Assembly (NCBI GenBank): GCA_903822525.1
Contig: CAIJPI010000111.1
Span: 1-54,423 of the forward strand
DNA from: an uncultured Bacteroidales bacterium
Lineage (GTDB): Bacteria > Bacteroidota > Bacteroidia > Bacteroidales > UBA4417
Direction of reading: 5' to 3'
Length of the DNA stretch: 54,423 nt
The notes beneath the pieces are model-generated. The model worked only from the letters and a program-made list of their open reading frames with translations, was not told where the DNA came from and did not search any database. This document shows positions 1-9,627 of this stretch, one piece after another. The stretch's first letter is position 1. Each line of letters opens with the position of its first letter. The position numbers were made by a program, and so were the translations under genes.

Positions 1-1
1 A

Positions 2-148
2 GAAATCCGGTTAATCCTGAAACACGACTGCAAATGGCTTGCTGAACTCGTTGGCGCCGATTTAGAAATTGAAGTATTCGAAGAAGATTTTGTACTCCTC
101 AAAATGGATAAAAAAAACATGCTTCAGGTCGCCGATAACCTAAATTAA
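2..148 (+). CDS. 3' end of an unidentified CDS entering from the left edge (48 codons plus TAA)
   Basis: Frame 2 is open from the window edge to TAA at 146..148. No family is recognisable from the 48 aa (...ADLEIEVFEEDFVLLKMDKKNMLQVADNLN). Confidence 0.3.
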   Translation, partial: EIRLILKHDCKWLAELVGADLEIEVFEEDFVLLKMDKKNMLQVADNLN

Positions 149-440
149 CGGTTGGAGCGTTTTGAAATTCATTAAACAGATATCCAGTTAAAAAGGCTAG
201 GTTCATTGTGGGTAGAAACGGAAATTGTTTTCCAATATGGAATTTATTCCTAAATACGGACAACCAATCTCAAAACCTGAAGTAATTCTGAAAAACAGAA
301 TAAACTATTTAAACTATTTTTTACATATAGATAATTTGATATTGAAATCTGATTATTGAGAAATCCTGGATATAGAATTCAATGATTGTAAGGTGTCGCC
401 TTGTCGTTAGCAAATAATCCTCAATTCTTTACTTTGTCGG

Positions 441-896
441 CTATTTTCCAGGAAATAACTCCAATATTTTTTCTTTCCTGAAACTAAAAATCTGCTTGAC
501 CTTGTTATTTACAAAAACACGGTCTGCCAGGCGGCCAAAAATTCCAAAAGGAACACTGTAATATAAAATATCCCGCATTTCGACTCCGCCATCCACTTCC
601 CTGAAATGATGTTCGTGATGCCAGAGCCTGTATGGCCCCATGCGTTGTTCATCAATAAAGAAATTATATTTGTTTACCTGGGTGATTTCTGTCAGCCAGT
701 TCAGTTTCAGGCCCGAAATCGGACTAACCTTATACGAAATAAACATTCCGGGATACATTTCCTTTTGAACGGAGGATGTTATCTGAAATCCCATTCCGGG
801 AGGAGTTATTCTGGAAAGATTAGAAGGTGATGAAAAAAAATCCCAAACTACTTCCATACCTGCAGGTACAAACTGAAAAAATTCAAACTTTCGCAT
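441..896 (-). CDS. SRPBCC-superfamily ligand-binding protein
   Basis: 151-aa ORF. The pattern VWDFFSSPSNLSRITPP ... NWLTEITQV ... FIDEQRMGPYRLWHHEHHF is typical of COG4276-type SRPBCC proteins. Confidence 0.65.
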   Translation of the reverse strand: MRKFEFFQFVPAGMEVVWDFFSSPSNLSRITPPGMGFQITSSVQKEMYPGMFISYKVSPISGLKLNWLTEITQVNKYNFFIDEQRMGPYRLWHHEHHFREVDGGVEMRDILYYSVPFGIFGRLADRVFVNNKVKQIFSFRKEKILELFPGK

Positions 897-1008
897 TGTT
901 TAACATTTTACTAATAAACATTAAACGCTTTAAGATCGCAATAGTTCGAATTGTCCAAGACTGGTTTGTATGAAAGTTTCAGTTTCGGGGTACAAGGGTA
1001 AAAGCAAC

Positions 1009-1533
1009 TTAGAAAAAGTAACTTCTGGCTTCCGATTTCAATAGGTCGAGCGCACTCTTTATCAGAGATTGTTCAGTCTCAATATCATTTACAAGCATCA
1101 GGCTTGCCAGATCGGCCGAAGTTGCTTCGGGAGTGAGTTTCATAGCAGCCATATTTATTCGTCTTATGCTTTCTTCGCGTGCATTTCGCATCATCTCCCA
1201 GGCTTTATCCGAAACATACAGTTGTTGCGAAAGATTGTGTTCAAACTCTGAGCGGATAGACTGAACAAGAGCAGATTGCAGCTGGGTAGCCGACATTCCG
1301 GGTAAATTGGTACGCACCAGCAGTCCGGCAGGTTCAATGCGCTCAAGCAGCAGTACAAGCCTTTCGTATGCCTGCATGCGAACCGGAAGGCTGATCTTGT
1401 GTACATCCAGTTTAAGCTGCATCTTGGTTTTCTCCGCCTCACTCGTGAGAAACATTTTCAGGAGGAAATATGCTGCAGCGAGCACAACCAGGGATGGAAC
1501 GGTATATTTCAATAATTCGAAAAAAGCCTGCAT
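1009..1533 (-). CDS. hypothetical membrane-anchored protein
   Basis: 174-aa ORF with one N-terminal hydrophobic helix (VPSLVVLAAAYFLLKMFL). The remainder is charged and helical-looking. No family recognised. Confidence 0.6.
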   Translation of the reverse strand: MQAFFELLKYTVPSLVVLAAAYFLLKMFLTSEAEKTKMQLKLDVHKISLPVRMQAYERLVLLLERIEPAGLLVRTNLPGMSATQLQSALVQSIRSEFEHNLSQQLYVSDKAWEMMRNAREESIRRINMAAMKLTPEATSADLASLMLVNDIETEQSLIKSALDLLKSEARSYFF

Positions 1534-1887
1534 ACTGTTTTGAGTTTACCTGCAAATTTCGGAAAAATTGCTCATCTATTTTTATACTGCAATCAAATTG
1601 CCAATAAAATTACAATAACACAAAGAATAATTTCCCATACAGGATGTCGTCAGGTCCATAATAACCTCGTTTCAGTATAAATTGAATTATCCATAATGGC
1701 TTTCAGGTATATTAAACCTACGAGTCTGAGCCAAGGTTTCTCTGAACTATTTCCATCACCTGCAAAACAGATCCGTTTTCTTTTATAAAACAACATAACT
1801 CCCTATCATTATGCATCTTAACTATTTATAACCTTATTTAAACAAGAAACAATAGCCCAAAAGCACCTAAGCAGATAATAAATTTTC

Positions 1888-1895
1888 TATTTTTG
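1888..1895 (+). promoter_or_regulatory. Bacteroidota-type -7 promoter box (TATTTTTG)
   Basis: Matches TAnnTTTG, 29 nt upstream of the ATG at 1924. Confidence 0.4.
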
Positions 1896-1923
1896 CCATG
1901 AATGAATTTTAAACCCATCATCG

Positions 1924-3126
1924 ATGAACTACTTGTCAGACAGGATTAACCTGCTTGCCGAATCGGAAACGTTAGCAATGACCCGCCGCAGCCGCGAACT
2001 TCGCGCTCAAGGCTTTGATGTTATCAACCTCAGCATCGGCGAACCCGATTTTGATACACCTGATTATGTTAAGGAAGCTGCAAAAGATGCAATCGACCAG
2101 AACTTCTCACATTATACTCCGGTTCCGGGTTACCCCGAACTAAGGCAGGCTATTGCCAATAAACTCAAACGCGACAATGGGCTTGATTATAAAGCCGAAC
2201 AGATTGTTGTCTCTACAGGTGCAAAACAATCATTAGCCAATGCTATACTCTGTCTGGTAAACCCTGGTGAAGAAGTCCTCATTCCGGCACCTTACTGGGT
2301 TTCGTATAAGGAAATGATTAAACTTGCCGGGGCAAAAGGTGTTTTTATCGAAGGTGGTATTCAGACTGATTTTAAAGTCACACCCGAACAAATAGAAGCT
2401 GCTATTACCCCTGAAACTAAGTTGTTTATGTTCAGCAGCCCCTGTAATCCGTCAGGAACTGTTTATTCGTTCGACGAGTTGAAAGCCTTCGCCGACGTAT
2501 TTGCCCGGCATCCTCAGGTTTTTATTATTTCGGACGAGATTTACGAAAACATAAATTTTATAGGAAAACATCACAGCATTGCTTCATTCGAAAATTTACG
2601 CGACAGGGTAATCGTTATCAACGGCCTATCTAAAGGCTTTGCCATGACAGGCTGGCGTTTGGGCTATATGGCAGCAAACAGCGAAATAGCTAAAGCATGC
2701 GATAAACTGCAGGGACAGATCACTTCAGGAGCGTGTTCAATTACCCAACGGGCTGCCATTGTTGCTATGAATACTGATCCTGCTGAAAGTACTGATATTA
2801 ATATGATGGTTGAGGCATTCAGATACCGCCGCGATCTGGCTATAAGCCTGTTCCGTGAAGTGCCGGGCATCAGGTTGAATGTTCCCGAAGGCGCTTTCTA
2901 CCTTTTCCCTGAAGTAACAGCTTATTTTGGCAAATCGACAGGAGACCGCATTATTCTTTCCGGATCTGACCTATGCGATTATCTGCTCGATACCGCATTT
3001 GTTGCTATTGTTCCGGGATCTGCTTTCGGCACCCCGGATTGCATACGTATTTCGTACGCAGTATCCGAAGATACACTGCGTGAGGCCATTAAGCGGATCA
3101 GCAGTGCACTTTCGAACTTGAAATAG
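1924..3126 (+). CDS. class I pyridoxal-phosphate aminotransferase (aspartate aminotransferase-like)
   Basis: 400 aa. N-terminal INLSIGEPDFDTP, and a PLP-lysine region INGLSKGFAMTGWRLGY characteristic of the AspC/AAT family. Confidence 0.9.
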   Translation: MNYLSDRINLLAESETLAMTRRSRELRAQGFDVINLSIGEPDFDTPDYVKEAAKDAIDQNFSHYTPVPGYPELRQAIANKLKRDNGLDYKAEQIVVSTGAKQSLANAILCLVNPGEEVLIPAPYWVSYKEMIKLAGAKGVFIEGGIQTDFKVTPEQIEAAITPETKLFMFSSPCNPSGTVYSFDELKAFADVFARHPQVFIISDEIYENINFIGKHHSIASFENLRDRVIVINGLSKGFAMTGWRLGYMAANSEIAKACDKLQGQITSGACSITQRAAIVAMNTDPAESTDINMMVEAFRYRRDLAISLFREVPGIRLNVPEGAFYLFPEVTAYFGKSTGDRIILSGSDLCDYLLDTAFVAIVPGSAFGTPDCIRISYAVSEDTLREAIKRISSALSNLK

Positions 3127-3183
3127 CAACAACATCTTTAAACTCGATATCCTACATCCTCACTATAAGCTACATTCCGGAAT

Positions 3184-4197
3184 ATGATCATCACAAAAGA
3201 AGAAATCACCCGTCTGTTCAATACATTCAATACCTGCAAGGTGATGGTGATCGGAGATGTGATGGTCGATTCGTACCTGATTGGCAAAGTTGAGCGTATT
3301 TCGCCCGAGGCGCCTGTACCTGTAGTTGCTCTTAAGCAGAGAGATAACATGCTTGGTGGTGCTGCCAATGTTGCTTTGAACATTAAATCACTGGGTGCTG
3401 AAGCAATATTATGCTCAGTTATAGGGAATGATAAACAGGCTGAAATCCTTCTTGACCTGATGGCAAAAGTAGGCCTTAATACAGAAGGTATTATACAAAG
3501 CAAGGAAAGAATAACCACCACTAAATTCAGGATAATCAGCAACCGTATGCAAATGCTGCGCGTTGACGAGGAAATGGATACAGATCTGAATCAGGAAGAA
3601 TCAACCAACCTGATAAATTGTGTACGTAATCTTATTGCAACCCAGAAACCGGATGTAATTGTTTTTCAGGACTACAATAAGGGTGTATTATCGCCTTATG
3701 TAATCGAAAAACTGACAGGCATGGCAGCTCAAGCCGGCATTCCTGTTGCAGTTGATCCGAAGAAAAAGAATTTTACCAGCTATAATGGAGTCACACTCTT
3801 CAAACCCAACCTGAAAGAAGTCAGCGAAGGCCTGAAATCTGAGATCAACCCCACCTCTATTGCAAGCCTCCAGAAAGCAGCACAGTTTCTGCATACCAGC
3901 CAGGATATAGAATCGGTTATGATTACTTTATCTGAACATGGTGTTTTTATCAGTTCTAAAAAGCCGGATGGATACATTTCAAAAATAATTCCGGCCGTAA
4001 TGCGGAACATTGCGGATGTATCAGGTGCCGGCGATACAGTGGTTAGTGTAGCAGCTTTATGCCTTGCCTCTAAAACAGATCCTGTACTAATGGCAGCTTT
4101 ATCAAATATAGCCGGTGGACTGGTTTGTGAACAGGCAGGCGTTGCTCCGGCCGATAAAGGCCGTCTCCTTGCTGATGCCATTTCAGAGTTAACCTAA
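3184..4197 (+). CDS. D-glycero-beta-D-manno-heptose-7-phosphate kinase (RfaE domain I type, PfkB family)
   Basis: 337 aa. VMVIGDVMVDSYLIGKVERISPEAPVPVV and LGGAANVALN match RfaE domain I. The PfkB C-terminal motif DVSGAGDT is present. No adenylyltransferase domain. Confidence 0.85.
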   Translation: MIITKEEITRLFNTFNTCKVMVIGDVMVDSYLIGKVERISPEAPVPVVALKQRDNMLGGAANVALNIKSLGAEAILCSVIGNDKQAEILLDLMAKVGLNTEGIIQSKERITTTKFRIISNRMQMLRVDEEMDTDLNQEESTNLINCVRNLIATQKPDVIVFQDYNKGVLSPYVIEKLTGMAAQAGIPVAVDPKKKNFTSYNGVTLFKPNLKEVSEGLKSEINPTSIASLQKAAQFLHTSQDIESVMITLSEHGVFISSKKPDGYISKIIPAVMRNIADVSGAGDTVVSVAALCLASKTDPVLMAALSNIAGGLVCEQAGVAPADKGRLLADAISELT

Positions 4198-4304
4198 GCC
4201 AGCTATTCAAATACAACATAAAATTCGTCATCTGTTGAAATTAAAGGCAAGCGCTGATATTATCCGCTTGTGCACTTAACCGAAGATTCTTCCAAATACA
4301 AAGC

Positions 4305-5024
4305 ATGTCCAAACCTCCAATCACTCAAACACCTGGCCGGAAACAACAAGTTCAGGCAATGTTCAATCACATTGCAGGCCGTTATGATTTATTGAACCAT
4401 TTATTATCAATGGGCATTGACAGGGGTTGGAGAAAGAAACTTGTAAAACTGATGGCCCGGGATAATCCCCGGCGAATTCTCGATTTGGCCACCGGCACGG
4501 CTGACCTGGCAATTGCAGCCGTTAAAATAAATCCCGAAAATATTACCGGTACGGACATTGCAGAAGAAATGCTGGCTATAGGGCAGGAGAAAGTAAACAG
4601 GCTGGGGTTGGGAGATAAAATAACCTTGTTAAAAGCAGATTCGGAGAATCTCCCTTTCAAAGATGCTGAATTTGATGCTGCTATGGTTGCATTCGGGGTA
4701 CGTAACTACGAAAACCTTCCCAAAGGATTAAGTGAGATGTGCCGTGTGTTAAAGCCTGGGGCAAGCGCCTTTATTCTCGAATTCTCGAAACCCCGGAAAT
4801 TCCCGGTCAAACAGCTCTTTGGCTTTTACTCCAGGTTTATATTGCCTGCTATTGGCCGCCTCGTATCACGTCATAGCACTGCATATTCCTATCTTCCCGA
4901 ATCGGTTGCCGCATTTCCACAGGATGATCATTTTATAGAAATTATGCTGGAAGCAGGTTTCAGCAAGGCTGAATTTATCAGCCTGAGTTTTGGAATAACA
5001 AACCTGTATATCGGAAGAAAATAA
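4305..5024 (+). CDS. ubiE: demethylmenaquinone / ubiquinone C-methyltransferase
   Basis: 239 aa. MFNHIAGRYDLLNHLLSMGIDRGWRKK plus the SAM motif ILDLATGTADLA is the classical UbiE/MenG signature. Confidence 0.9.
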   Translation: MSKPPITQTPGRKQQVQAMFNHIAGRYDLLNHLLSMGIDRGWRKKLVKLMARDNPRRILDLATGTADLAIAAVKINPENITGTDIAEEMLAIGQEKVNRLGLGDKITLLKADSENLPFKDAEFDAAMVAFGVRNYENLPKGLSEMCRVLKPGASAFILEFSKPRKFPVKQLFGFYSRFILPAIGRLVSRHSTAYSYLPESVAAFPQDDHFIEIMLEAGFSKAEFISLSFGITNLYIGRK

Positions 5025-5123
5025 ACTAATTATTCTTTTTATACACAAATTTTAGTCTGTAAAGGTGAATTACATACTAAATGTTATTTTGCTCCGTTTG
5101 TGTAGCAACACTTTAAAACATTC

Positions 5124-5906
5124 ATGTTCCGTACAAATAAATTTCTGATTTTAATGATATTGCTTTGCTTTACAAGCAGGGCTTTTCCCCAATCCAGACT
5201 GGTACCCAACAAACCCGATTACGATCTGGCGCCCTATCATTTTGGATTCCTTTTAGGAATTAACGAAATGCTTTTTACCATAAAATCTAATCCCGGCTAT
5301 CAGAATAAATTTTATTACAACAACACTTCAGGACAATCACTGCCAGATCAGAACAGCGACTCTGCACTGCTTTTTAATATGGAAGCTACCCCAACCTTTG
5401 GTTTTGTGATCGGTATTGTTGGCAACCTTCGGCTGGGAGAGTATTTCGATATGAGATTTACACCATCTCTTACTTTCGGTGAACGAAACCTGGATTATTC
5501 TATAAAGAACTATTATCATATTGATGCTGAACCTCAGATGCTGCGGGTAACAAAAAATATTCAGTCGACATTTGTCGAATTCCCATTGTGGGTAAGGTAT
5601 AAAGGCAAACGAATCCACAATGTGCGGCCCTATGTTCTGGCAGGCGGGAAATGGGCGCTCGACCTTGCATCGAATGCCAAGAAAAAAGCCGATAATGCTG
5701 CCGCTTATGTATTTATTAACCGCAAGGATATTTATGCACTGGGAGGTGTCGGTTTTGATTTTTATACAGCCTATTTCAAATTTGGAACCGAAATCAGCAT
5801 GTCGTATGGCCTGTTTGATATCCTGAAACGCGACAACTCCATTTATACAGGAGCCGTCACCAGCATGAGCTCTAAAATATTCCAGATTTCATTTACTTTT
5901 GAATAA
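5124..5906 (+). CDS. porT: PorT/SprT-family outer-membrane beta-barrel protein (T9SS-associated)
   Basis: 260 aa with a signal peptide (LILMILLCFTSRAFPQ). APYHFGFLLGIN motif, alternating beta-strand pattern and C-terminal aromatic (ISFTFE). The ubiE-porT adjacency is a conserved Bacteroidota arrangement. Confidence 0.7.
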   Translation: MFRTNKFLILMILLCFTSRAFPQSRLVPNKPDYDLAPYHFGFLLGINEMLFTIKSNPGYQNKFYYNNTSGQSLPDQNSDSALLFNMEATPTFGFVIGIVGNLRLGEYFDMRFTPSLTFGERNLDYSIKNYYHIDAEPQMLRVTKNIQSTFVEFPLWVRYKGKRIHNVRPYVLAGGKWALDLASNAKKKADNAAAYVFINRKDIYALGGVGFDFYTAYFKFGTEISMSYGLFDILKRDNSIYTGAVTSMSSKIFQISFTFE

Positions 5907-5909
5907 TCT

Positions 5910-6127
5910 GGTTCTACTACGAATTTAATGGAAATAGTTTTTAAAAGGATGGAAGTCCGAAGACCGAAGAAAGTATCAATTTGGAATGGGTCCTATTGAA
6001 AGTTAACATTTATACAAATGCAATTGGTCAACAATTCCCAATTTAAGGATAAATGAAGTTTCCAGTTAAACTTCCGACTTCTGGCTTCCAACAAAATATT
6101 TTTACCCACTAAATTAGCAGTAGAACC
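5910..6127 (+). mobile_element. 218-bp MITE-like non-autonomous element, copy 1
   Basis: 212/218 identical (by eye, no indels) to 29805..30022. Imperfect terminal inverted repeats: GGTTCTACTACGAATTTAATGG versus the reverse complement of CCACTAAATTAGCAGTAGAACC, 19/22. Perfect 8-bp flanking duplication AATAATCT at 5902..5909 and 6128..6135. Confidence 0.85.
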
Positions 6128-6243
6128 AATAATCTTAATCTTTACCCGGAACAATCCATCCTCACAGATGTTTGTAAATGCTGTACCCGGCAATTAACAG
6201 GTATGGGTCGGAAGTAATTGATTTATCCTTATCAGAAATTTTC

Positions 6244-7830
6244 ATGCGTAAAGAAGTTGAAATCGCAATGACGCCCAAACAGGCTTCCGACCCCTCAGGA
6301 TGGAAAACTGCCTTTGCACATGCTCTCCGTATTCAGCCAGGCCGAATCAAATACCTTAATCCCATACAACGTTCGGTAGATGCCCGTTCGAACAAGATAA
6401 AAATCCGGCTAAAAGCAGAATTATTCATCGACGAACAACCGGCAGAGATCCGAAAATACATCAGACGGAGTTATCCCGATGTAAGTCATAAAACACCGGT
6501 TATTATTGTCGGAGCAGGTCCGGCAGGACTTTTTGCTGCACTCACGCTGATTGAGAATGGGATGAAACCTATCCTTATCGAACGCGGTAAAGATGTAAAA
6601 GCACGTAAATTCGATATTGCCCAGATTAACCGGGAACACATAGTAAATCCTGATTCCAACTTTTGTTTTGGCGAAGGTGGTGCAGGTACTTACAGCGATG
6701 GGAAACTCTATACACGATCGACCAAACGGGGAAATGTAAACGAAATCCTTTCTGTTCTGGTATCGCATGGCGCTGATGAGGATATACTGATTGACAGTCA
6801 TCCGCATATAGGTACAGATAAACTTCCTGCTATTGTTGCAGCAATGCGTCAAACCATACTTGAAGCAGGGGGAGAAATATATTTTAATCGCAGGATCACC
6901 GAAATAATAATACAGAACGGCCGGATAAAAGGCGCAGAAGATAAAAGCGGTAACCGATACGAGGCACAGGCTATCATCCTTGCCACCGGGCATTCGGCGC
7001 GTGATATTTATGAGTTATTACACCTCAAAGGCCTTACCATCGAAGCCAAAAGTTTTGCTCTCGGTGTGAGGGCCGAACATCCGCAGGCTCTGATTGACAG
7101 TATTCAATACAGGCAGTCGCCCCGTGATCCGTTTCTACCGGCTGCGCCTTACAGTCTTGTCAAACAAGTAGATGGCCGCGGTGTATTTTCATTCTGCATG
7201 TGCCCCGGAGGGATCATTGTACCTTCAGCCACCGAAGCCGGGCAGGTAGTTGTTAACGGTATGTCGAACAGCAGGCGGAATTCGCCTTTTGCCAATTCGG
7301 GAATCGTAGTTCAGATAGACCCTTCAGATATTTCTCATCTGTCAGCGTTCGGGCCGTTTGCTGGCCTTGAATTTCAGCGTCGCGTTGAAGATGCCTGCTG
7401 GAGAGCCGCGGGTATGAGCCAATCAGCACCGGCACAGCGGATCAGCGATTTCACCAAAGGGATAACATCATCATCTTTACCCGATTGTTCGTATAACCCA
7501 GGCATTGTTTCAGCCCCATTGCACGAAATACTCCCTCCCTTTGTTTCCGGCAGGCTGCAGGAAGCTTTTCTACAATTCGATAAAATGATGAAGGGATATC
7601 ACACTTCCGAAGCTGTGATACTGGGTACCGAATCACGTACATCATCACCCATAAGGATTCCTCGTAATGCTGAGACACTTGAGCATATCGATGTGGCCGG
7701 GTTGTACCCATGCGGTGAAGGAGCAGGATATTCAGGCGGCATCGTTTCGTCAGCCATGGATGGAGTAAACTGCGCGCTGGCAGTTGCGAAAAAATATAGA
7801 AAACAATCCGCGCAATCAGTTAAATATTAG
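6244..7830 (+). CDS. FAD-dependent oxidoreductase (COG2509-type)
   Basis: The ORF is open from 6178, but family members start like MRKEVEI...P..A, which is the ATG at 6244. Rossmann motif VIIVGAGPAGLFAAL. Conserved RSVDAR near the N-terminus and GEGAGYSGGI near the C-terminus. Confidence 0.8.
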   Translation: MRKEVEIAMTPKQASDPSGWKTAFAHALRIQPGRIKYLNPIQRSVDARSNKIKIRLKAELFIDEQPAEIRKYIRRSYPDVSHKTPVIIVGAGPAGLFAALTLIENGMKPILIERGKDVKARKFDIAQINREHIVNPDSNFCFGEGGAGTYSDGKLYTRSTKRGNVNEILSVLVSHGADEDILIDSHPHIGTDKLPAIVAAMRQTILEAGGEIYFNRRITEIIIQNGRIKGAEDKSGNRYEAQAIILATGHSARDIYELLHLKGLTIEAKSFALGVRAEHPQALIDSIQYRQSPRDPFLPAAPYSLVKQVDGRGVFSFCMCPGGIIVPSATEAGQVVVNGMSNSRRNSPFANSGIVVQIDPSDISHLSAFGPFAGLEFQRRVEDACWRAAGMSQSAPAQRISDFTKGITSSSLPDCSYNPGIVSAPLHEILPPFVSGRLQEAFLQFDKMMKGYHTSEAVILGTESRTSSPIRIPRNAETLEHIDVAGLYPCGEGAGYSGGIVSSAMDGVNCALAVAKKYRKQSAQSVKY

Positions 7831-8040
7831 TTTACATTTATACCCGAAATGGCTTGCCTGAAACTGTATTTTTTCCGTATTTAATGATTCTGAAAGGAGG
7901 ATTGATTATCAAATACAGCAACAAGCAAACAGGTATTCCTCAACACTACTCCATTACTGCCAGCATTCTCCTCAAACAGCGACTGATATTTATTTATTAA
8001 TTTTCGGGGATTCTGATCACCTCTAAAAACCTCATAACGT

Positions 8041-8733
8041 ATGATGGATGTGTTACCTAACGACGACCTTTTCCCAGGACTCAGGAAAAAAGCTGCCTTT
8101 AAACAGGATGTTTACAATACTACCCTCGAAACTTTTCGCCTCTTTAAATCGGTGTTAACCGAAATGGCTGAAGAATACAGGCAGAAATACAAGAGTGAAA
8201 CCATACAGATACCTTTTGAATACCGCGACAAGGGCGAATTTGAGGCTGAACTGCGATTCGGAGGCGATGTTCTGATTTTCACAATGCATACCAATATTTT
8301 CGAGTTTTCGCGCAACCATGAAGTGATGAAAACCAGCTATATTCATGAAAGCCCCGATCGTTCCTATTGCGGAATCATAATGATCTTCAACTTCCTGGCC
8401 GACTCATTCAAATACAACAGGATGAATGATCTGGGATATATGATTGGACGGATCTTTGTAAATAAAGAGAGTCATTATTTTGTTGAAGGTAAACGAGAAG
8501 TAGGTCAATTGTACAACAACTTTCAGTCGTCGGTGATTACGCGCGAAACAGTAAGGCTCATCCTTGAATCAGCCATTCGGTATACCTGTAATTTCGATCT
8601 GCTTACCCCTCCGTACGAGGCCTTGAAAATGATCACGGTTGCCGATATCCAGAACACACTCGACAATATGAATATTACAACCGGTAAAAGGCTGGGTTTC
8701 CGCTTTCAGGGTGATCACGAGGAAATCAGCTAA
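8041..8733 (+). CDS. hypothetical protein (no signal peptide)
   Basis: 230-aa ORF with coding-like composition. No motif recognised. Confidence 0.55.
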   Translation: MMDVLPNDDLFPGLRKKAAFKQDVYNTTLETFRLFKSVLTEMAEEYRQKYKSETIQIPFEYRDKGEFEAELRFGGDVLIFTMHTNIFEFSRNHEVMKTSYIHESPDRSYCGIIMIFNFLADSFKYNRMNDLGYMIGRIFVNKESHYFVEGKREVGQLYNNFQSSVITRETVRLILESAIRYTCNFDLLTPPYEALKMITVADIQNTLDNMNITTGKRLGFRFQGDHEEIS

Positions 8734-8839
8734 AGGTTGATTCCGGTAAAAATCAGACCATACAATTACCTTTAAAAAAATATTTAATCAATTAATTCCC
8801 GGATAAAACCATCCCGGGTGTAATTAAAATGATGCCGGT

Positions 8840-9571
8840 ATGGCCAGCTCCAAAAATAATGATTCATTAACTTTTCGTGAAATTACGTACACTATCCAGT
8901 TGAAGGATAAAGATTCAGGTTTTCATGAGGTGTATGATCTGTTACGTTCCGAATTGACCAGGTTTGAAGCTTCACGAAAAAAAAGTGATTTAACTGAAAA
9001 TCCTATCCGCGATTTCTTGAAAATCAATATAGAGCGAAGCATCGTCATCAGGGAAAATACAAGAGTTTATTTTATTGATTACCAGGAGAAAGGATCCTTT
9101 TCAATCAGCTTTACTCTGCTTCTGATAACTCAGTATATAAACTATGGTACCGTGCGGCGCGCTCTCGATTACCTTCTGAAGGATACCATTGGAGATTATT
9201 TTGAAGAATTAATCGAAAGGCATATGCCCGTCAGCATAACCATTGAGTCAGCCGACAACGAACTCTATCAGATACCGGGGAGCAATCTTGAATATAAATC
9301 AGAGCATCAACCGGCTCAAAGAGATTGGTTGCCTCTCTTCATTGCATCAATAGCCTTACTGATAGCGATAAGTATTGGAATGATTGGGTTTTACAGGATG
9401 AGCAATCCACCAGATCAGAATAAGACATCAAATGACTACAGAGACAAATATTTTGAACTACTTATTGAAAAGAATATACAGCAGGCTCTCGCGAAAGAAA
9501 AAACTGATTTCCTCTTCCAGAACAGGATAAATTCCTTGCAGGATACAGTGAAAGGCACAATATTTCATTAA
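8840..9571 (+). CDS. hypothetical single-pass membrane protein
   Basis: 243-aa ORF. One hydrophobic helix (WLPLFIASIALLIAISIGMIGFY) about 170 aa in, followed by a charged tail. No family recognised. Confidence 0.55.
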   Translation: MASSKNNDSLTFREITYTIQLKDKDSGFHEVYDLLRSELTRFEASRKKSDLTENPIRDFLKINIERSIVIRENTRVYFIDYQEKGSFSISFTLLLITQYINYGTVRRALDYLLKDTIGDYFEELIERHMPVSITIESADNELYQIPGSNLEYKSEHQPAQRDWLPLFIASIALLIAISIGMIGFYRMSNPPDQNKTSNDYRDKYFELLIEKNIQQALAKEKTDFLFQNRINSLQDTVKGTIFH

Positions 9572-9627
9572 TAAAATTGACATACAAGAAAAACGTATTA
9601 CTTTTAGGTTGGTTTTAAATAACGTTT

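Noticed and set aside
237-359. 40-aa ORF (MEFIPKYGQPISKPEV...) in the first intergenic region
   Set aside because: No promoter box and no recognisable motif, in AT-rich surroundings where such ORFs arise by chance. There is not enough evidence to call it.
1021-1033. 13-nt match (ACTTCTGGCTTCC) to the MITE core, possibly a third degenerate copy
   Set aside because: The match does not extend on either side, and it lies inside the 3' coding end of the 174-aa gene (..SEARSYFF). Most likely chance.
5993-6193. 66-aa ORF overlapping MITE copy 1
   Set aside because: Most of it is MITE sequence read on the minus strand. The equivalent frame in copy 2 does not give an ORF of 60 aa or more, and its start lies outside the element. 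It is not a conserved coding feature.
6421-6993. 190-aa minus-strand ORF, together with similar antisense ORFs at 10228..10614, 12132..12482, 37502..37978, 39120..39485 and 49488..50057
   Set aside because: Each is embedded antisense in a gene with strong family motifs on the other strand and has no recognisable features. This is typical for the frame opposite a real CDS.
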